NCBI GenBank assembly: GCA_965178125.1
Contig: OZ237761.1
Span: 434,001-498,000 of the forward strand
Direction: 5' to 3'
Source of the DNA: Bilabrum cf. latius
Taxonomy: Eukaryota
Length of the DNA stretch: 64,000 bases
Shown: positions 61,101-64,000 of the stretch, piece by piece
Layout of the letters: each line of letters starts with the position of its first letter
Numbering within the stretch: position 1 is the first letter of the stretch
Made by a program: the position numbers and the translations under genes
Notes under the pieces: generated by a model
Seen by the model: the letters and a program-made list of their open reading frames with translations, nothing else
Database searches by the model: none
What the model was told of the DNA's origin: nothing

Positions 61101-64000
61101 CACCCAGCTCCCTGCGCCTGTCCGACCGCACGTCCGGACCCAACACCGCGGAGGCGATCCGCCACGCCTCTTCCGGATCATATCGTGCCAGTGTGTAGTA
61201 GGCGAGGGGCAGGGCGGGAGGCACACGCGGTATCGCCGGTCCCAGTCGCTGCTGCCTCGAGCGAGGGCTTGAGGCCTGGTGGATGGGATCCAGCAGCCAC
61301 CTTGGCACCTCCCCGTGCTTCGACGACGGGGGTGGCGCGAGGTCTAGGTGGTGCTCCGAGTGGGTATCTAGCGCAAGGAGGTGCACGCGTCTGTCGGCGC
61401 GCGTGCTGGCAGGCTCGAGGGCACGATCCGCCGACATGGGCGTGAGAGGCACCCGACCTGCAGCGCCTGGTCCTGGTGCTGGATGCGCGACACCTGTCCA
61501 CTCCGCCCTCATTGCGTCCCTTGCCCAGTCGCCCGAGAGACCAACCAGGGCTGCTGCTTGGCTCACACAATTGGCGAAGAAGCGCCGAGCCACTCGAGCC
61601 CTCGTGGCTCTGTTGGCTGGCGGCATCGCTTCCATTGCCACTGGGGGTGGGAGCGCGTGGCACGCGGTCGGGAGGGCAGAGCTTGGGCTGTACCAGGGAT
61701 GCGGGTGAGATATGCCCCATTCAGACACGTAGGCGTGGGGAGGTACCCGGCGAGGACCGGTGAGATTGGCGCGAGTAGTCTCGTCCAGCAGATGGACTCC
61801 GCACTGCTTTAGCATTTCCTTGGCAGACTGCCATGCAGGAAGCCAGGTCCTGCGTTGTTCCACGCCGTCTCCAATATCATCGGCTTGCTTTTGACCCTGT
61901 AAAGCGGCTGCGTTCCCCCGACTTGCGGCTCCTCTTGGCTTGCTGCCGATTCGTATTGCTTCCTGCTGCAGTTCCGGCCACCAGTGCGGCATGCCGACCC
62001 AGTCGGCTCCGCCAGCAAATGCGCCTTGCACGTCCTCCATAGCCTCGATTCGCTCCAGCACCTCCGTCCACTCCTCATCATTGGCTCGGGCCTGAACAGG
62101 GGCAGAGCCGAAGGCCCGGGGGTCTACGAGTTTCGGAGGCGAGCGAATCGCGTCGGGGAGCAGGCATTGGCAGGAGGTGCGGAGGGCGGACAGCGGCCCA
62201 GTACGGTCGCCCGGCTCAGCAGATCGACGCAGCGATGCACCAGCATCAGCTGCAAGCGAATCTCCACCCGTGGAACCGCCATCGCTGACCATGGGATGAG
62301 CAGTTGCCAAAGCCGCAGGCACCGAATCACCGGATCCACCCGAGCTGCCTCTACCCCTAGAGTGCGAAAACGACATGGATGCATCGTCCGGCAGGGGCTA
62401 CAGCCGCATGCTACCCGACGGAGCCCGCCTTCTCCGGTGAGCGGGCTTGCCTGCCGCTGGCCCGTGGGAGCCCTCGTCTGACGTGGAAGTGCCGACGGAG
62501 GAGCTAGAGACACCGGGTGACGAGACGCACGCCCCGAGACCGAGACTCGGCGAGGCTGCTTCCGCATCGCCGCGGGCTTGCCGCAGCTCAACGGATTCCT
62601 TTCTGCCTAGCCGTCGCACTGCGGCAGCGGTGGTCGTACCTTCCTGCATGGAGGGCGATGACGAAACACCTGCCGACTGCTGCGAGCCAGCAGATCCCGA
62701 GGAGACAGGTCTGCCACTCGTGAACCCGCTGCCAAGCCTAGGCTCAAGCTTGTCGTGGCGTGCAGGGCCCATGAGATCACGGAGTACGCCAGGACCGCGC
62801 CTCTCAGCATCGGCGTTTGCGCGAATCGGCCCGGCGTTGGAACCCAGGGCTCGAAGCGTGCTACGCTTCGACCTTGGCGAGGGCATCTGCTTTGCGACCG
62901 CAGGTGCCGGGCCCTTGGGGGGGCGCAGTCCGCGGCTCTCCTTGCTAGCCGTTGCGCTGCGACCGATGCTTAGTGGGAGCCCCCTGCGTGATCCCCGGGG
63001 ACTCGTCGGCGCAGACCTAGCAATGGGGCTCGAGGCAGGGCCAGAGCCGCTGCTCTTTACGGAGGAGTCTTCCCCGCTGGATGGTCTGCTCGCGGTCTTG
63101 CCGTCCCTTTGTCCCTGCCGCAGAGAGGCGGGCAGCCTTATGCGAGCACGAGCAGCTGCACGCCCAGCGCCGGACTGTGGGCTGCTGTCGGCAGATTTGG
63201 CACCGCTCGCAGGAGCACCACTCCTGATCCGGATCCGCTGGCCCAGGCCAGGCCGCCTGCCTCCAGGGTGTGCCTGGTTGAGAGGCGGAGAAGGGCGACC
63301 GGTCGGTCCAGCAATGCCGACATTGGAATGGTTGGCTTTGGGGGCTTCTGTGGCCGCCCCTGGCACCACCCCGCGGGCTCGCCTCGCGACCACGCGCCTC
63401 GCCCTCCTACCCGTCCTCTGCTCCGCGACAGAGGCGCTGTCGTCGCTGTCGTCAGAGGCGGCGCTCCCGCCTGCCATCGAGTCCGCGTCGTGATCGGACT
63501 GGTCTCTCCCAAGCCGCACTAGCACAGACTCTGCCTCCATGGCTGAGTCGGTCTCACCTGCTTCCGACTCCCCCCGGATGCCAACCAGATCCGGATCGAT
63601 TGGGGGTGAGGGTCCCGCAGCAGATGCCCCCCCTAGTGCAGGGGTTGCAGCTGCCTCGCGATCGCCACCGTCAGAATCGCCGTCATCTGCCATGTCCAAC
63701 GCGCCGTCTGCATCCTCTGCCGCACTCCTCGCCAGGCTGCTGAGGCTACTCTCTCCGCCCAGGCTACCTCCATCGTCACTGCCAGCCTCAACGTCCTCCC
63801 CATCCAGGGGGGGGGCGTCTGCATCTTCACCCGGCTCAGCCGCTTCGCCCTCAAGATCGATTGACTCACCGTCGTTGGTGTCGCCCGCGATAACGACCTC
63901 CTCGCCCTCCTGATCGACGGTGCCAGCGCCTGCCCCTGCCCCAGCACCGGCCTGATCGTCACCACTCGCGCCCTGGGGGCCACCTCCTATCGTTGCCGCA
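58144..64000 (-). CDS. Cytosolic carboxypeptidase (CCP/AGBL, M14D tubulin deglutamylase), 5' partial
   Basis: LEFESRYETGNL, GHT*WFNF, NLEKADSSYNHGMRP, CYCYPYTYSD, SARVHPGETNASW, NPDGVISGHHR, DLNRHW, DFHGHS, SYTIEAS. One frame open from the window end to TAA 58144 except for TAGs (62398, 60778, 60604, 60352, 60022, 59770, 58306, 58291). Confidence 0.9.

Noticed and set aside
1-64000. Cluster of pseudogenes or sequencing errors explaining the broken ORFs
   Set aside because: Interruptions are exclusively TAG, with no frameshifts or internal TAA/TGA, and catalytic motifs are intact.
1-64000. Prokaryotic or phage origin (recoded phage, pyrrolysine system)
   Set aside because: Spliceosomal introns, calmodulin and DHHC/CCP genes show a eukaryotic nucleus; no pyl or phage genes seen.
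1-64000. Suppressor tRNA-Gln(CUA) or eRF1 gene in this window
   Set aside because: No tRNA cloverleaf or release-factor ORF recognised by eye; must be sought elsewhere in the genome.

Overview
GC-rich, gene-dense eukaryotic nuclear DNA with few short GT-AG introns. The calmodulin sequence looks stramenopile-like, and a cytosolic carboxypeptidase fits a flagellate. The supplied ORF track is fragmented because this genome appears to use a non-standard nuclear code: TAG is a sense codon, almost certainly Gln, while TAA and TGA still terminate (same form as NCBI table 15). Reading TAG as Gln merges the fragments into about 19-20 coherent genes: PARP6/8-like ADP-ribosyltransferase, an intronless ~3800-aa LRR/WW protein, carboxylesterase, MATE transporter, PDX2, arylsulfatase, calmodulin, DHHC-family palmitoyltransferase, a repeat-rich multi-C2 protein, a dual-specificity phosphatase, a secreted protein, NAPE-PLD-like hydrolase, an EF-hand protein, TruA, a ~2500-aa cNMP-binding protein, a 7TM protein, a NOA1/YqeH GTPase, a hypothetical protein and a CCP/AGBL deglutamylase. 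In-frame TAG falls on conserved Gln positions in several unrelated families (CCP HT*WF, TruA GWAA*, NAPE-PLD PA*H, PDX2 SQA*SFE, esterase G*SSG, WW and LRR motifs). All models were built by eye; no database search was run.
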